This document shows, piece by piece, positions 1-9,361 of a stretch of 59,501 nt of DNA; position 1 is the first letter of the stretch, and each line of letters opens with the position of its first letter. Both the position numbers and the translations under genes were made by a program. The stretch covers positions 1 through 59,501 of the forward strand of contig RZYW01000002.1 in NCBI GenBank assembly GCA_009930175.1, written 5' to 3'. The notes under the pieces were generated by a model, which worked only from the letters and a program-made list of their open reading frames with translations, did no database searches and was not told the origin of the DNA. The stretch comes from Clostridia bacterium. GTDB taxonomy: Bacteria > Bacillota > Peptococcia > Peptococcales > SKKY01.

Positions 1-127
1 CAGTGGGTGTTCTCTAATATGGATTTACCCAATGCTCTGTATTTTTTCACAAAAAAATGCCAGGATGGTTTTTACCACCCCAACATTTATTGTAGAACCG
101 GATAAAGATACAAAGGAAAATAAGAAA

Positions 128-161
128 GACCGGGAAGATTAAACTCCCGGTCTTTTTTTTT
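128..161. terminator. Rho-independent terminator hairpin, probably bidirectional (3' of dat and of an upstream + strand gene)
   Basis: GACCGGGA (128-135) pairs with TCCCGGTC (145-152). A run of 9 T follows on the + strand, and AAGAAA lies on the left side for the minus strand. The dat stop codon is at 170-172. Confidence 0.75.
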
Positions 162-169
162 AGCAAAAT

Positions 170-1015
170 TTATGCATTTTTGATCATTTCAGTATATAAT
201 TCTTGTAATTTTTGAGTTATAGGTCCTCTTGAACCACTTCCGATAACCACATCACTAACTTTTGTAACAGGCATAATTTCAGTAGTTGTACCTGTAATAA
301 ATGCTTCATCAGCCTGATTCATAAATTCTACTGTGAATGGCTCTTCAACAACTTTTATTCCATTTTCTTTGCAAAGTTTTAGAACAGCAATTCTAGTTAT
401 TCCTGGAAGAATAAGATTGTTTGCAGGGTGAGTGTGAAGTACTCCATCTTTAATTACATAAAAGTTTGTGCTGGAGCCTTCTGTTACAACTCCATCTCTA
501 TGTTGGATAGCTTCACCTTTTCCAGCCTCATAAGCAGCTTGCTTAGCAAGAACATTACCAAGTAAGTTTAATGTTTTAATGTCACATCTTAACCAACGGA
601 TATCATCTACCAGAAGAGTTTCAATACCTTTAGCTCTTTTTTCAGCTCCTTGAGGATCTCCAGGGCGAATAGCCATTGTTAATACTGGTTTGATTCCCAC
701 TGGAAAGTTATGCTTTCTTGGTGCAGCACCTCTGGTAATTTGCAAATATATACCTGTATTTTTGATGCCTGACTCTTTAAGTAATAGTTCATGGAAACCT
801 TTAATTTCTTCTCTGGTATAAGGAATCTCAAGCTTTATTTTTTCTGCACTTGAATATAATCTATCAAGGTGTTCCTCAATCATAAAAAGTTTGCCATCAA
901 AAACACTTGTTACTTCGTAGATTCCATCTCCAAACTGATAGCCTCTGTCTTCCATAGAAATAAGATGTTCTCCTAAATCTACAATTTTTCCGTCAATTAA
1001 TCCTAGTTCTTTCAT
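170..1015 (-). CDS. dat: D-amino-acid (D-alanine) aminotransferase, class IV PLP enzyme
   Basis: 281 aa. The full length resembles Bacillus Dat (EDRGYQFGDGIYEV, DRLYSSAEKI, DIRWLRCDIKTLNLLG, TEGSSTN, HPANNLILPGITR). AAGGAGG RBS upstream of the ATG. Confidence 0.9.
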   Translation of the reverse strand: MKELGLIDGKIVDLGEHLISMEDRGYQFGDGIYEVTSVFDGKLFMIEEHLDRLYSSAEKIKLEIPYTREEIKGFHELLLKESGIKNTGIYLQITRGAAPRKHNFPVGIKPVLTMAIRPGDPQGAEKRAKGIETLLVDDIRWLRCDIKTLNLLGNVLAKQAAYEAGKGEAIQHRDGVVTEGSSTNFYVIKDGVLHTHPANNLILPGITRIAVLKLCKENGIKVVEEPFTVEFMNQADEAFITGTTTEIMPVTKVSDVVIGSGSRGPITQKLQELYTEMIKNA

Positions 1016-1182
1016 AGTTCAATAATTCCTCCTTATATATAATTTATTAAAATAATTCTATAACACATTTTATCATATATTATTGAAAAAATATGATAAT
1101 TTTTAATCATTTAAAAAAAGTATACAGTATTTATTCCCGTTAGTATAAAATAAAGAAATACATTGGAACAGGTGGTAAAAAA

Positions 1183-3087
1183 ATGTCAGATCTTCAGTTT
1201 AATAAAATAACAAAATATTTCTCATATAACCTTATTTTAGATGAAGCTTCATTTTCAATAAATTCTGGAGAAAAGGTTGCTCTCGCAGGTGTAAATGGTT
1301 CTGGTAAAACTACAGTTATGAAACTTATTACTGGTGAAATTGAAGTTGATTCCGGGAACATATATATTGCTGCCGGAAGAAAAACTGGTTACTCAGAGCA
1401 ACATACATATATTGATATAAATTCTCAGATTTTTGATTATGTAATTTCTAGTTTTTCTGAAGTTCTTAAAATGAGAGAAGAATTAAAGAAAATTGAAAAT
1501 ATTATTTCAAAAGCTGAAGAAAATGAGCTGGATAAAATACTTGCCCAGTACGGTGCAATAAGGGAAGAATATGAAAAGAAAAATGGATATGCAATAGAGG
1601 CTCAAACCAGAAAAATATTGACAGGCCTGGGATTTAGTAATGATGACTTTAATAAAAAGTGCCAAAATCTTAGCGGGGGAGAAAAAAGAAGGCTTAGTTT
1701 AGCAAAACTATTGGTTAGTCAGCCAGATATTTTATTACTGGATGAACCAACAAATCACCTTGACCTTGATGGTATTCAATGGCTTGAAGACTATCTATCA
1801 TCCTACCCTGGCACAATACTTGTTATATCCCACGACTCTTATTTTCTTGATAAAGTTGTCACAAGAGTATTAGAGGTGAGTAATAAAAAAATTACCTCTT
1901 ATCCGGGAAATTATACAAAGTATCAGATTTTAAAAATGGAGAAAGAGACTTCTGATAAGAAAGCTTTCGAAAAACAGCAAAAAGAAATTCGCAGTATTCA
2001 GGAATATATAAAAAAATATAAAGCAGGTATAAAATCAAAACAAGCAAGAGGAAGAGAAAAACAATTATCAAGAAGAGAGCTTCTTAATGATGTTTTTCAA
2101 AATAAGAATATTAAATTGAGATTTGGGGAGGTTTCACATACAGGAAAAGAAATTCTTAAAATAAAGAATCTTTCAAAGTTCATTCATCCAGAACTGGAAT
2201 TTAAAGATTTGACCTTTTTAATTAAGCAAGGAGAAGCTACAGGAATAATTGGCCCCAATGGCTCCGGAAAAACAACATTAATCAATACAATTATAAACAA
2301 GAGCCAGGACAAGGGAGACATTATTTTTGGTGCTGGTGTAAAAGCTGGCTATTTTGATCAGCACCACAGTTCCCTGGATCCAGAAAAAACTGTTTTTCAG
2401 GAAATAACTGAAAATTTTAATATAACTTTTGAAAAAGCCAGAGAGATGTTAGCATCTGTTTTATTCTTCCAGGAGGATCTTGATAAAAAGATTAAAAGCC
2501 TTAGTGGAGGAGAAAAATCAAGGGTTGCCTTTATTAAGCTTATCTTAGAGGAACCGAATTTTCTAATTTTAGACGAACCAACAAATCATTTGGATATTGA
2601 GTCTAAGAATATTATTATTCAGGTACTTTCTGAATTTGAAGGTACAATCCTCTTTGTTTCTCACGATCGCCTATTACTGGATCTTCTTGCTACTCGTTTG
2701 ATGATAATTAAAAAAGGAAAAGTAGAGTTTTTCGAAGGATCATTTTCCGAGTATGGTGAAGAGAAGCAAAAAAACTTAGCTGAATTAAATTTAAAAAAGA
2801 GTTTGGAAACTGATCTAAACAAAGGGAAAGAGATTAAAGCCAAAGGAATCAATATTTATAAAGTTAATCAAAGGCTGGAGGAACTTGAACTTTTAATTGA
2901 AGAGGCAGATAGAATAATTGCAGAATGTAGTAAACTTCTTTCTGATCCTGAAATATACAAGGATTTTCAAAGAAGCGAGGAAATTAGTTCGAACCTGAAA
3001 ATAAATCAAAAATTATCAGAAGAATATATGGAAGAATGGGCAGACCTTCAGGGTAAGCTTGAAGATCACAAAGGAGGAAAATTATGA
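1183..3087 (+). CDS. ABC-F family ATPase (two NBDs, no TMD, long C-terminal coiled-coil tail)
   Basis: Two Walker A motifs (GVNGSGKT, GPNGSGKT), two signatures (LSGGEKRR, LSGGEKSR) and two Walker B motifs ([22 protein letters not shown]). The interdomain linker has the KAGIKSKQARGREKQL motif. Confidence 0.9.
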   Translation: MSDLQFNKITKYFSYNLILDEASFSINSGEKVALAGVNGSGKTTVMKLITGEIEVDSGNIYIAAGRKTGYSEQHTYIDINSQIFDYVISSFSEVLKMREELKKIENIISKAEENELDKILAQYGAIREEYEKKNGYAIEAQTRKILTGLGFSNDDFNKKCQNLSGGEKRRLSLAKLLVSQPDILLLDEPTNHLDLDGIQWLEDYLSSYPGTILVISHDSYFLDKVVTRVLEVSNKKITSYPGNYTKYQILKMEKETSDKKAFEKQQKEIRSIQEYIKKYKAGIKSKQARGREKQLSRRELLNDVFQNKNIKLRFGEVSHTGKEILKIKNLSKFIHPELEFKDLTFLIKQGEATGIIGPNGSGKTTLINTIINKSQDKGDIIFGAGVKAGYFDQHHSSLDPEKTVFQEITENFNITFEKAREMLASVLFFQEDLDKKIKSLSGGEKSRVAFIKLILEEPNFLILDEPTNHLDIESKNIIIQVLSEFEGTILFVSHDRLLLDLLATRLMIIKKGKVEFFEGSFSEYGEEKQKNLAELNLKKSLETDLNKGKEIKAKGINIYKVNQRLEELELLIEEADRIIAECSKLLSDPEIYKDFQRSEEISSNLKINQKLSEEYMEEWADLQGKLEDHKGGKL

Positions 3088-5993
3088 TTGAAAATACAAT
3101 TTATCATGGGTTTAAATTAATTAGGAAGAATCATATTGAAGATATAAACAGCTGGACATATCAATTTGTTCACGAAAAAACTAAGGCGGGACTTTTATAC
3201 ATTGAGAATGATGATGAAAACAAAACATTCTCCGTATCATTTAAAACACCACCGACAGATGAAACGGGACTGACTCATATATTAGAGCATTGTGTCCTCT
3301 CGGGATCAAAAAAATATCCTGTTAAATCGCCATTTCTTGAGTTAAGGAAAAGTTCCCTTAGTACATTTTTAAATGCTATGACTTTTTCAGACAAAACTAT
3401 GTATCCTGTTGCCAGCATTAATGATAAAGATTTTAAAAATCTTGCTGACACATATTTAGATGCTGTATTTAATCCCCTGGTTCTGGAAAAAGAAGAAATA
3501 TTTTTACAAGAAGGCTGGAGATATGAAGAAGATTCAAATGATCAAAGTCTTAAATATAACGGAATAGTATTTAATGAGATGAAGGGTGCATATTCATCTC
3601 CAGACAGAGTACTTATTAATCAAATTAAAGGTGCTCTTTATCCAGATAATTCCTATGGCCTTGATTCTGGAGGTAATCCAGATTATATAACAGAGCTTAA
3701 ATATGAAGATTTTAAAAAGTATCATCAGAAATATTACCACCCTTCAAATGCTTATTTTTTCTTATACGGCAAAATGGATGTAGTGGAATTTTTAAGATAT
3801 TTGGATGATGAATATTTAAGTAATTACTCTTATATAGATGATGATTATGAAATACCAATTCAGGAATCCTTTAAAGAGATAAAAAATGTAAAGGGAATAT
3901 ATGGAATAAGCAAGGAACAAGATAAAAACAATAAAACATACTTAGCGAAAAGTTATGTTACAGGAAAAATTACTGATAAAAAAGAAGTTCTTTCTTTTAT
4001 GGTTCTTGAAAAGGTATTTTTTGATGTGACAGGTTCAGAGCTGAAAAAAAGATTAATGAATGCAGAAATTGCAGAGGAAATTGATGGTTTTTATTATACT
4101 GTTGGGCAACAGCCATTCTTTACTTTTTTAGCAAGAAATTCTGAAGAAAAACATTTTCTTCTTTTTGAAAATATTGTTAATGAATATTTAGAAGAGCTTG
4201 TTTCTAATGGTATTGATGAAGAATTATTAACAGGTGCATTAAACACTCTGGAATTTAGACTTAGAGAAAATGCTCTTTCTCCCGGGAAGGGGATAAACTA
4301 TACCCAATCAGTAATGAACAGCTGGCTCTATAGTGATAATCCAGTTATGTTTTTAAGTTTCTCTAAAGAAATTGCTGAATTAAGAGAAGAGATGAATAAG
4401 GGTTGGTTTGAAGGAGTGATTAAAAAATACTTTTTTGATAATCAACACGCTGCTAATGTGTTGCTTTTACCAGAACAAGGAGTAGAAGAGAAGAGCAATG
4501 ATTTAATAAAGAAAAAGTTGGAAAAAACAAAAGCTGAACTTTCAGAAGAAGAGCTAATTGAAATAAATAATAAAAATGCCAGATTACAAAAGTATCAAAC
4601 TGAAGAAGATACTCCAGAAAAACTTGAATGTATTCCGGTTATTGATATAAATGATATAAAAAGAGAGCATGAAGAAATTCCCAGAGAGATAATAGAAAAA
4701 GATGGACTAAAGTACATTTTACACCCAATGTTTACGAATAAAATTGCATATTTAGATCTGTACTTTAATACAGACAGAATCCCTGAGAATAAAATTAAAT
4801 ATATTTATCTTCTAAACGACATTCTTACGAGTCTTTCTACAAAAAATTATGATTATCAAAAACTTTCCAGGATGATAAATATTTATACTGGTGGTATTGA
4901 TTTTTCTGTGTCCTGTATTAATCGTTATCGTTCAAGAGATATTTTTCCAACAATGAGGGTGAGCACAAAAACCTTTGGATATAACCTTGAAAAGTCCATC
5001 CCTCTTGTTATGGAAATTATTAAAGAAACCATTTTTAGAGATAAAAAAAGATTAAAGGAAGAATTAATTGAGCTTAAGGCAATTAAAGAAAATGAGTTCC
5101 TTGATGATTCAATGGGAATAGCTCAAACAAGGTTAGCTTCTTATTTTTCTGTTTCAGGTAAATATCAAGAAGAAGGGAACATAGAATACTATTACTTTCT
5201 GAAAGAATTATTAGGAAACTTTGAGAATGATTTTGATAATATAACTGACAATCTTCAATGGGTTTTTGAAAATATCTTTGCACTAAATAACCTGACAGTT
5301 AGTATTACAAATGACAAAGAAACAATTGATGAAGCAGTGAATATCATCTCGAAGTATTTAAAGACTCTTCCATTAAGTGAGAATCCTAAAGTTAAATATA
5401 CTTTTCAGCCTGAAAATCTTCTTGAAGGTATAAGCATACCTGCCAGGATTCAATATGTGATAAAGGGTGGAAGTTTTTATAATAAAGGCTTCACATACAA
5501 TGGAAGCATGCGAGTAGCTGCAAAAATTTTAAATACGGATTATCTTTGGAATAAGCTTAGAGTGGCAGGGGGAGCTTATGGTGGTTTTGCTTCAGTATCA
5601 ATATTAGGGAATGTTTTATTTAGTTCATATAGAGACCCAAATTTAACAGAGACCCTAAATGTATATGATCAAAGTAGTGAATTTTTTAGGAATTTAAAGT
5701 TAAACGAAAGAGAATTAAAAAGATATATTATAGGTACAATGGGAGACTATGATGCCCCAATTAGTGTAAGTAATAAAGGGAAAATCTCAAATCTGTATTA
5801 CTTCCAGGAAATAGAACACAAAGATCTGCAAAAAATCAGAGAAGAAATACTTGATACAAAAATAGAAGATTTAAATAATTTTGCACAGATAATAGACTCT
5901 GTTATTAATGAAAATATCTACTGTGTTATTGGCAGCGAAGAGAAGCTGGAAGCCAATAAAGAGTTATTTAAAAAAATCCTAAAAATTAGCTGA
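3084..5993 (+). CDS. M16C family zinc metallopeptidase (insulinase/PreP-like)
   Basis: 969 aa. Inverted zinc motif HxxEH within GLTHILEHCVLSGSKKYP, as in presequence protease. The start overlaps the ABC-F stop (ATGA). AAAGGAGGA RBS. Confidence 0.85.
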   Translation: MIENTIYHGFKLIRKNHIEDINSWTYQFVHEKTKAGLLYIENDDENKTFSVSFKTPPTDETGLTHILEHCVLSGSKKYPVKSPFLELRKSSLSTFLNAMTFSDKTMYPVASINDKDFKNLADTYLDAVFNPLVLEKEEIFLQEGWRYEEDSNDQSLKYNGIVFNEMKGAYSSPDRVLINQIKGALYPDNSYGLDSGGNPDYITELKYEDFKKYHQKYYHPSNAYFFLYGKMDVVEFLRYLDDEYLSNYSYIDDDYEIPIQESFKEIKNVKGIYGISKEQDKNNKTYLAKSYVTGKITDKKEVLSFMVLEKVFFDVTGSELKKRLMNAEIAEEIDGFYYTVGQQPFFTFLARNSEEKHFLLFENIVNEYLEELVSNGIDEELLTGALNTLEFRLRENALSPGKGINYTQSVMNSWLYSDNPVMFLSFSKEIAELREEMNKGWFEGVIKKYFFDNQHAANVLLLPEQGVEEKSNDLIKKKLEKTKAELSEEELIEINNKNARLQKYQTEEDTPEKLECIPVIDINDIKREHEEIPREIIEKDGLKYILHPMFTNKIAYLDLYFNTDRIPENKIKYIYLLNDILTSLSTKNYDYQKLSRMINIYTGGIDFSVSCINRYRSRDIFPTMRVSTKTFGYNLEKSIPLVMEIIKETIFRDKKRLKEELIELKAIKENEFLDDSMGIAQTRLASYFSVSGKYQEEGNIEYYYFLKELLGNFENDFDNITDNLQWVFENIFALNNLTVSITNDKETIDEAVNIISKYLKTLPLSENPKVKYTFQPENLLEGISIPARIQYVIKGGSFYNKGFTYNGSMRVAAKILNTDYLWNKLRVAGGAYGGFASVSILGNVLFSSYRDPNLTETLNVYDQSSEFFRNLKLNERELKRYIIGTMGDYDAPISVSNKGKISNLYYFQEIEHKDLQKIREEILDTKIEDLNNFAQIIDSVINENIYCVIGSEEKLEANKELFKKILKIS

Positions 5994-6094
5994 TAATGCT
6001 AATTTGCATATTGTATTATTTTGAATATTATAATATAGTATTAAGAATAACAATTTGTTATATAACACAAATAATATAAGGGGGATGTTGTTTT

Positions 6095-7756
6095 ATGATT
6101 GGTGCAGAATTATTGCTAAAGTGCCTGGAAGAAAAAAATGTAGACAAAGTTTTTGGGATCCCGGGCGGCGTCCTCTTACCTTTATATGATGTGTTACCTA
6201 AAAGTAATATTCAGCATATTTTGATGAGACATGAACAGGGTGCTGCTCATGCTGCTGACGGATATGCAAGATCTACCGGAAAAGTTGGAGTTTGTTTTGC
6301 AACTTCCGGTCCTGGTGCAACGAATTTATTAACAGGATTGGGGACTGCAATGATGGACTCAGTTCCTGTGGTCGCTATTACAGGACAGGTTGCCCAGCAT
6401 CTTATTGGTAAGGACAGTTTTCAGGAAGCAGACACAATAGGTTTTAGCTTATCTTCTACGAAATACAATTATCTTGTGAAAGACGCTGAAGATATACCAG
6501 CCATTGTGGAAGAAGCTTTTTATATTGCTCAGACTGGAAGACCAGGCCCGGTACTTATTGATGTACCTAAAGATGTACTAATGCAAATAGTTACAAAAAC
6601 AAAAAAGCCTGTTGTAAGAAAACATGTATTAAAGAAACTAGCTACACCTAAAATTAATATTAACCAGCTTAATAAAGCTTTTGAAGCAATTAAAAAGAGT
6701 AAAAAGCCATTAATTATTGCAGGTGGCGGTATAGTAATTGGCAGGGCTGAAAAGGAATTACAGGAAGTTGCTCAAAAATTAAGAATTCCTGTTGCTGTTA
6801 CTCTAATGGGCAAAGGCTCCTATCCTTCAGGAGATGATCTTTTTCTTGGAATGGTAGGAATGCACGGTACCGTAAAGGGAAATTATTCAATTCAGGAAAG
6901 TGACTTAATTATTGCAATTGGAATGAGGTTCAGTGACCGGGTTGTTGGCCGTTCCGATGGTTTTGCTCCTAAGGCAAAAATTATTCATGTAGATATTGAA
7001 GCAGCTGAAATTGATAAAAACATTGTTACAGATATTCCAATTGTAGCTGATTGCAAAGAATTTTTAACCAATGTTGATAAAAATATCGAAGGTCCGTTAA
7101 ATACAGAACCTTGGATTAAAGAAATTCAAGGGGTAAATAAAAAGAAACCTATTCCTGAAGAAGGAATCCAACCAGAAAACTTATTACAATTTATTAATGA
7201 ATATATAGATGATAAAACAATTGTTGTAACAGATGTTGGACAGCATCAAATGTGGAGTGCTCTTTATATACATCCAAAGGGTGAAAAATCATTCCTTACA
7301 TCTGGTGGATTGGGAACCATGGGCTATGGACTTCCCGCAGCTATTGGAGCTCAAGTTGCAAACCCAGATAAAAGAGTTGTCCTGATTACTGGAGATGGAA
7401 GCTTCCAAATGAATCTTCAGGAAATGGCTATTGTTCGTCAGTACAGCCTTCCAATTACAATAGTATTAATGAACAATCGTTGTTTAGGAATGGTTCGTCA
7501 GTGGCAAGAGCTTTTCCACGAATCAAATTATTCTCAAACATTATTCGAATTTTCTCCAGACTGGGAATTACTTGCTCAGGCATATGGAATTAAAGCAGCT
7601 AAAATAGAGGGAAAAGAAGAAGTAGACAAGGTTTTTACAGAAAATTATGATGGCAGAGAACCAGCATTTCTTGATTATCGCATAGACTGCAAAGCCAATG
7701 TTTTCCCAATGGTTCCCGCTGGTTGTTCATTAGATGAAATCTGGGGGTGTAAATAA
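6095..7756 (+). CDS. ilvB: Acetolactate synthase large subunit (ThDP-dependent)
   Basis: 553 aa with GIPGG, HEQGAAHAADGYAR, GPGATN and the ThDP motif GGLGTMGYGLPAAIGA...GDGSFQMN. Confidence 0.93.
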   Translation: MIGAELLLKCLEEKNVDKVFGIPGGVLLPLYDVLPKSNIQHILMRHEQGAAHAADGYARSTGKVGVCFATSGPGATNLLTGLGTAMMDSVPVVAITGQVAQHLIGKDSFQEADTIGFSLSSTKYNYLVKDAEDIPAIVEEAFYIAQTGRPGPVLIDVPKDVLMQIVTKTKKPVVRKHVLKKLATPKININQLNKAFEAIKKSKKPLIIAGGGIVIGRAEKELQEVAQKLRIPVAVTLMGKGSYPSGDDLFLGMVGMHGTVKGNYSIQESDLIIAIGMRFSDRVVGRSDGFAPKAKIIHVDIEAAEIDKNIVTDIPIVADCKEFLTNVDKNIEGPLNTEPWIKEIQGVNKKKPIPEEGIQPENLLQFINEYIDDKTIVVTDVGQHQMWSALYIHPKGEKSFLTSGGLGTMGYGLPAAIGAQVANPDKRVVLITGDGSFQMNLQEMAIVRQYSLPITIVLMNNRCLGMVRQWQELFHESNYSQTLFEFSPDWELLAQAYGIKAAKIEGKEEVDKVFTENYDGREPAFLDYRIDCKANVFPMVPAGCSLDEIWGCK

Positions 7757-8256
7757 TGAGTGAAAGCAGCAGAGTACACACACTTGTTGTAATGGTAGAA
7801 AACAGTCCTGGGGTATTAACAAAAGTTACAAGCCTTTTTTCAAGAAGAGGGTATAATATAATTAGTCTTATTGCCAGTGAAACAGAAGATCCTATAATTT
7901 CAAGACTCACAATTGTTGTTGCTGGTGATGACAAGGTCATTGAACAAGTTGCAAAACAACTTAATAAAATGGTTGATGTATTAAAAGTAACAGATATTAC
8001 AGGCAAAGAAACAGTAGCACGTCAGTTATTGTTGATTAAAGTTGCAGTAGAAACTGGAACAAGAGTAGAAATAATTGAATTAGCCAATATTTTCAGAGCC
8101 AGAGTTCTCGATATAGGCAGAAAATCTCTCATTATAGAAGCAACTGGTGATGAAACAAAAATTAAAGCAATGATAGATACATTTAAACCTTTTGGAATTA
8201 TTGAGTTCTCAAGAACAGGTCATATTTCAATGGTAAGAGGTCAAAAAGAAAGATAA
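7756..8256 (+). CDS. ilvN: Acetolactate synthase small (regulatory, ACT domain) subunit
   Basis: 166 aa. HTLVVMVENSPGVLTKVTSLFSRRGYNI is a typical IlvH/IlvN N-terminus. TAATG overlap with ilvB. Confidence 0.9.
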   Translation: MSESSRVHTLVVMVENSPGVLTKVTSLFSRRGYNIISLIASETEDPIISRLTIVVAGDDKVIEQVAKQLNKMVDVLKVTDITGKETVARQLLLIKVAVETGTRVEIIELANIFRARVLDIGRKSLIIEATGDETKIKAMIDTFKPFGIIEFSRTGHISMVRGQKER

Positions 8257-8297
8257 AATTTAAAATTTTTATTTATATATTATAAGGAGGCATTTCA

Positions 8298-9290
8298 ATG
8301 CTAAAAATTTATTATGACAATGATGCAAATTTGGAAGATTTAAAGGGTCAGACTATCGCAGTTCTTGGATATGGTAGTCAGGGACACGCTCAGGCACAAA
8401 ACATGAAGGACAGCGGCTTAAACGTAATTGTTGGTTTAAGACCAAGTTCAAAATTTGTAGCTCAGGCAAAAGAAGATGGCTTAGAAGTATATCCAATAGC
8501 TGAAGCTTGTGCAAAAGCTGATATTATTCACATTCTTCTTCCAGATGAATATCAGGGAGATGTTTATGAAAAAGATATTAAGCCAAATCTAAAGCCTGGA
8601 AATGCTTTATCCTTTTCTCATGGATTCAACATTCACTTTAAACAAATTAACCCACCAGAAGATGTAGACGTATTTATGATTGCTCCAAAAGGCCCAGGCC
8701 ATATGGTAAGAAGATTATACGTTGAAGGTCAGGCAGTACCTGGTCTTATTGCAATTGAGCAAGATGCAACTGGAAACTGTCAAAAAAGAGCATTAGCATT
8801 TGGTAAGGGTGTTGGTTGTACTCGTTCAGGATTAATTGAAACTACATTCGCAGAAGAAACTGAAACTGATTTATTTGGTGAACAGGCTGTTCTTTGTGGT
8901 GGTATGACTGAGCTTGTAAGAGCAGGTTTTGACACTTTAGTTGAAGCTGGATACCAGCCAGAGATTGCTTATTTTGAGTGTCTTCACGAATTAAAATTAA
9001 TTGTTGATTTAATGTATGAAGGGGGAATTGCCAACATGCGTTACTCAATTAGTGATACAGCTGAATTCGGAGATTTAATTGTTGGTAAAAGATTAATCAA
9101 CGAAGATGTAAGAAAAGAAATGAAAGCAGTTTTAAAAGATATTCAAACAGGAGCTTTTGCAAAAGAATGGCTTCTTGACAATATTGCAAAAAGACCAAAA
9201 TACAATGCATTAAAGAGAATTGATGATAATCATTTAATTGAAGAAGTAGGAAGAAACCTCAGAAACAGCATGTCCTGGTTAAAAAAGTAA
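8298..9290 (+). CDS. ilvC: Ketol-acid reductoisomerase (class I)
   Basis: 330 aa with [17 protein letters not shown], the SHGFNI motif and the [11 protein letters not shown] motif. AAGGAGG RBS. Confidence 0.95.
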   Translation: MLKIYYDNDANLEDLKGQTIAVLGYGSQGHAQAQNMKDSGLNVIVGLRPSSKFVAQAKEDGLEVYPIAEACAKADIIHILLPDEYQGDVYEKDIKPNLKPGNALSFSHGFNIHFKQINPPEDVDVFMIAPKGPGHMVRRLYVEGQAVPGLIAIEQDATGNCQKRALAFGKGVGCTRSGLIETTFAEETETDLFGEQAVLCGGMTELVRAGFDTLVEAGYQPEIAYFECLHELKLIVDLMYEGGIANMRYSISDTAEFGDLIVGKRLINEDVRKEMKAVLKDIQTGAFAKEWLLDNIAKRPKYNALKRIDDNHLIEEVGRNLRNSMSWLKK

Positions 9291-9310
9291 GCACTTAAAT
9301 AATATGACAA

Positions 9311-9341
9311 AATAACGGGACATAGTTGTCCCGTTATTTTT
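9311..9341 (+). terminator. Terminator-like hairpin between ilvC and leuA (internal terminator or attenuator)
   Basis: 12-bp perfect stem: AATAACGGGACA (9311-9322) pairs with TGTCCCGTTATT (9327-9338), with a 4-nt loop. The stem runs into TTATTTTT. Confidence 0.65.
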
Positions 9342-9361
9342 CAAACAGGAGGCTGGTTAAA

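Noticed and set aside
1-102. A possible 3' end of a + strand gene (…QWVFSNMDLPNALYFFTKKCQDGFYHPNIYCRTG*) upstream of the terminator at 128-161.
   Set aside because: Only 33 codons are visible and no family is recognisable. The terminator supports an upstream + strand transcript, but the reading frame cannot be confirmed from this fragment.
5996-6079. A 27-codon upstream ORF (MLICILYYFEYYNIVLRITICYITQII) ending at the ilvB RBS. It is rich in Ile/Leu/Val codons and could be an ilv attenuation leader peptide.
   Set aside because: There is no Shine-Dalgarno sequence before its ATG, which sits 2 nt after the upstream stop. No terminator/antiterminator stems follow it. ATA/ATT/TAT codons are what random AT-rich sequence yields. 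It was kept only as a note.
9326-9361. N-terminally extended ORF-track starts: leuA 9326, DJ-1 25822, trmD 29683, rimM 29229, lepB 31575, nuoM 40444, yraN 45303, acr3 55097, arsC 56176, ABC-F 58325, sbp 15904 and mazF 22830.
   Set aside because: In each case an internal ATG, GTG or TTG is preceded by a proper GGAGG-like RBS at 5-10 nt and yields the canonical family N-terminus. The longer versions run through terminators, promoters or the upstream gene.
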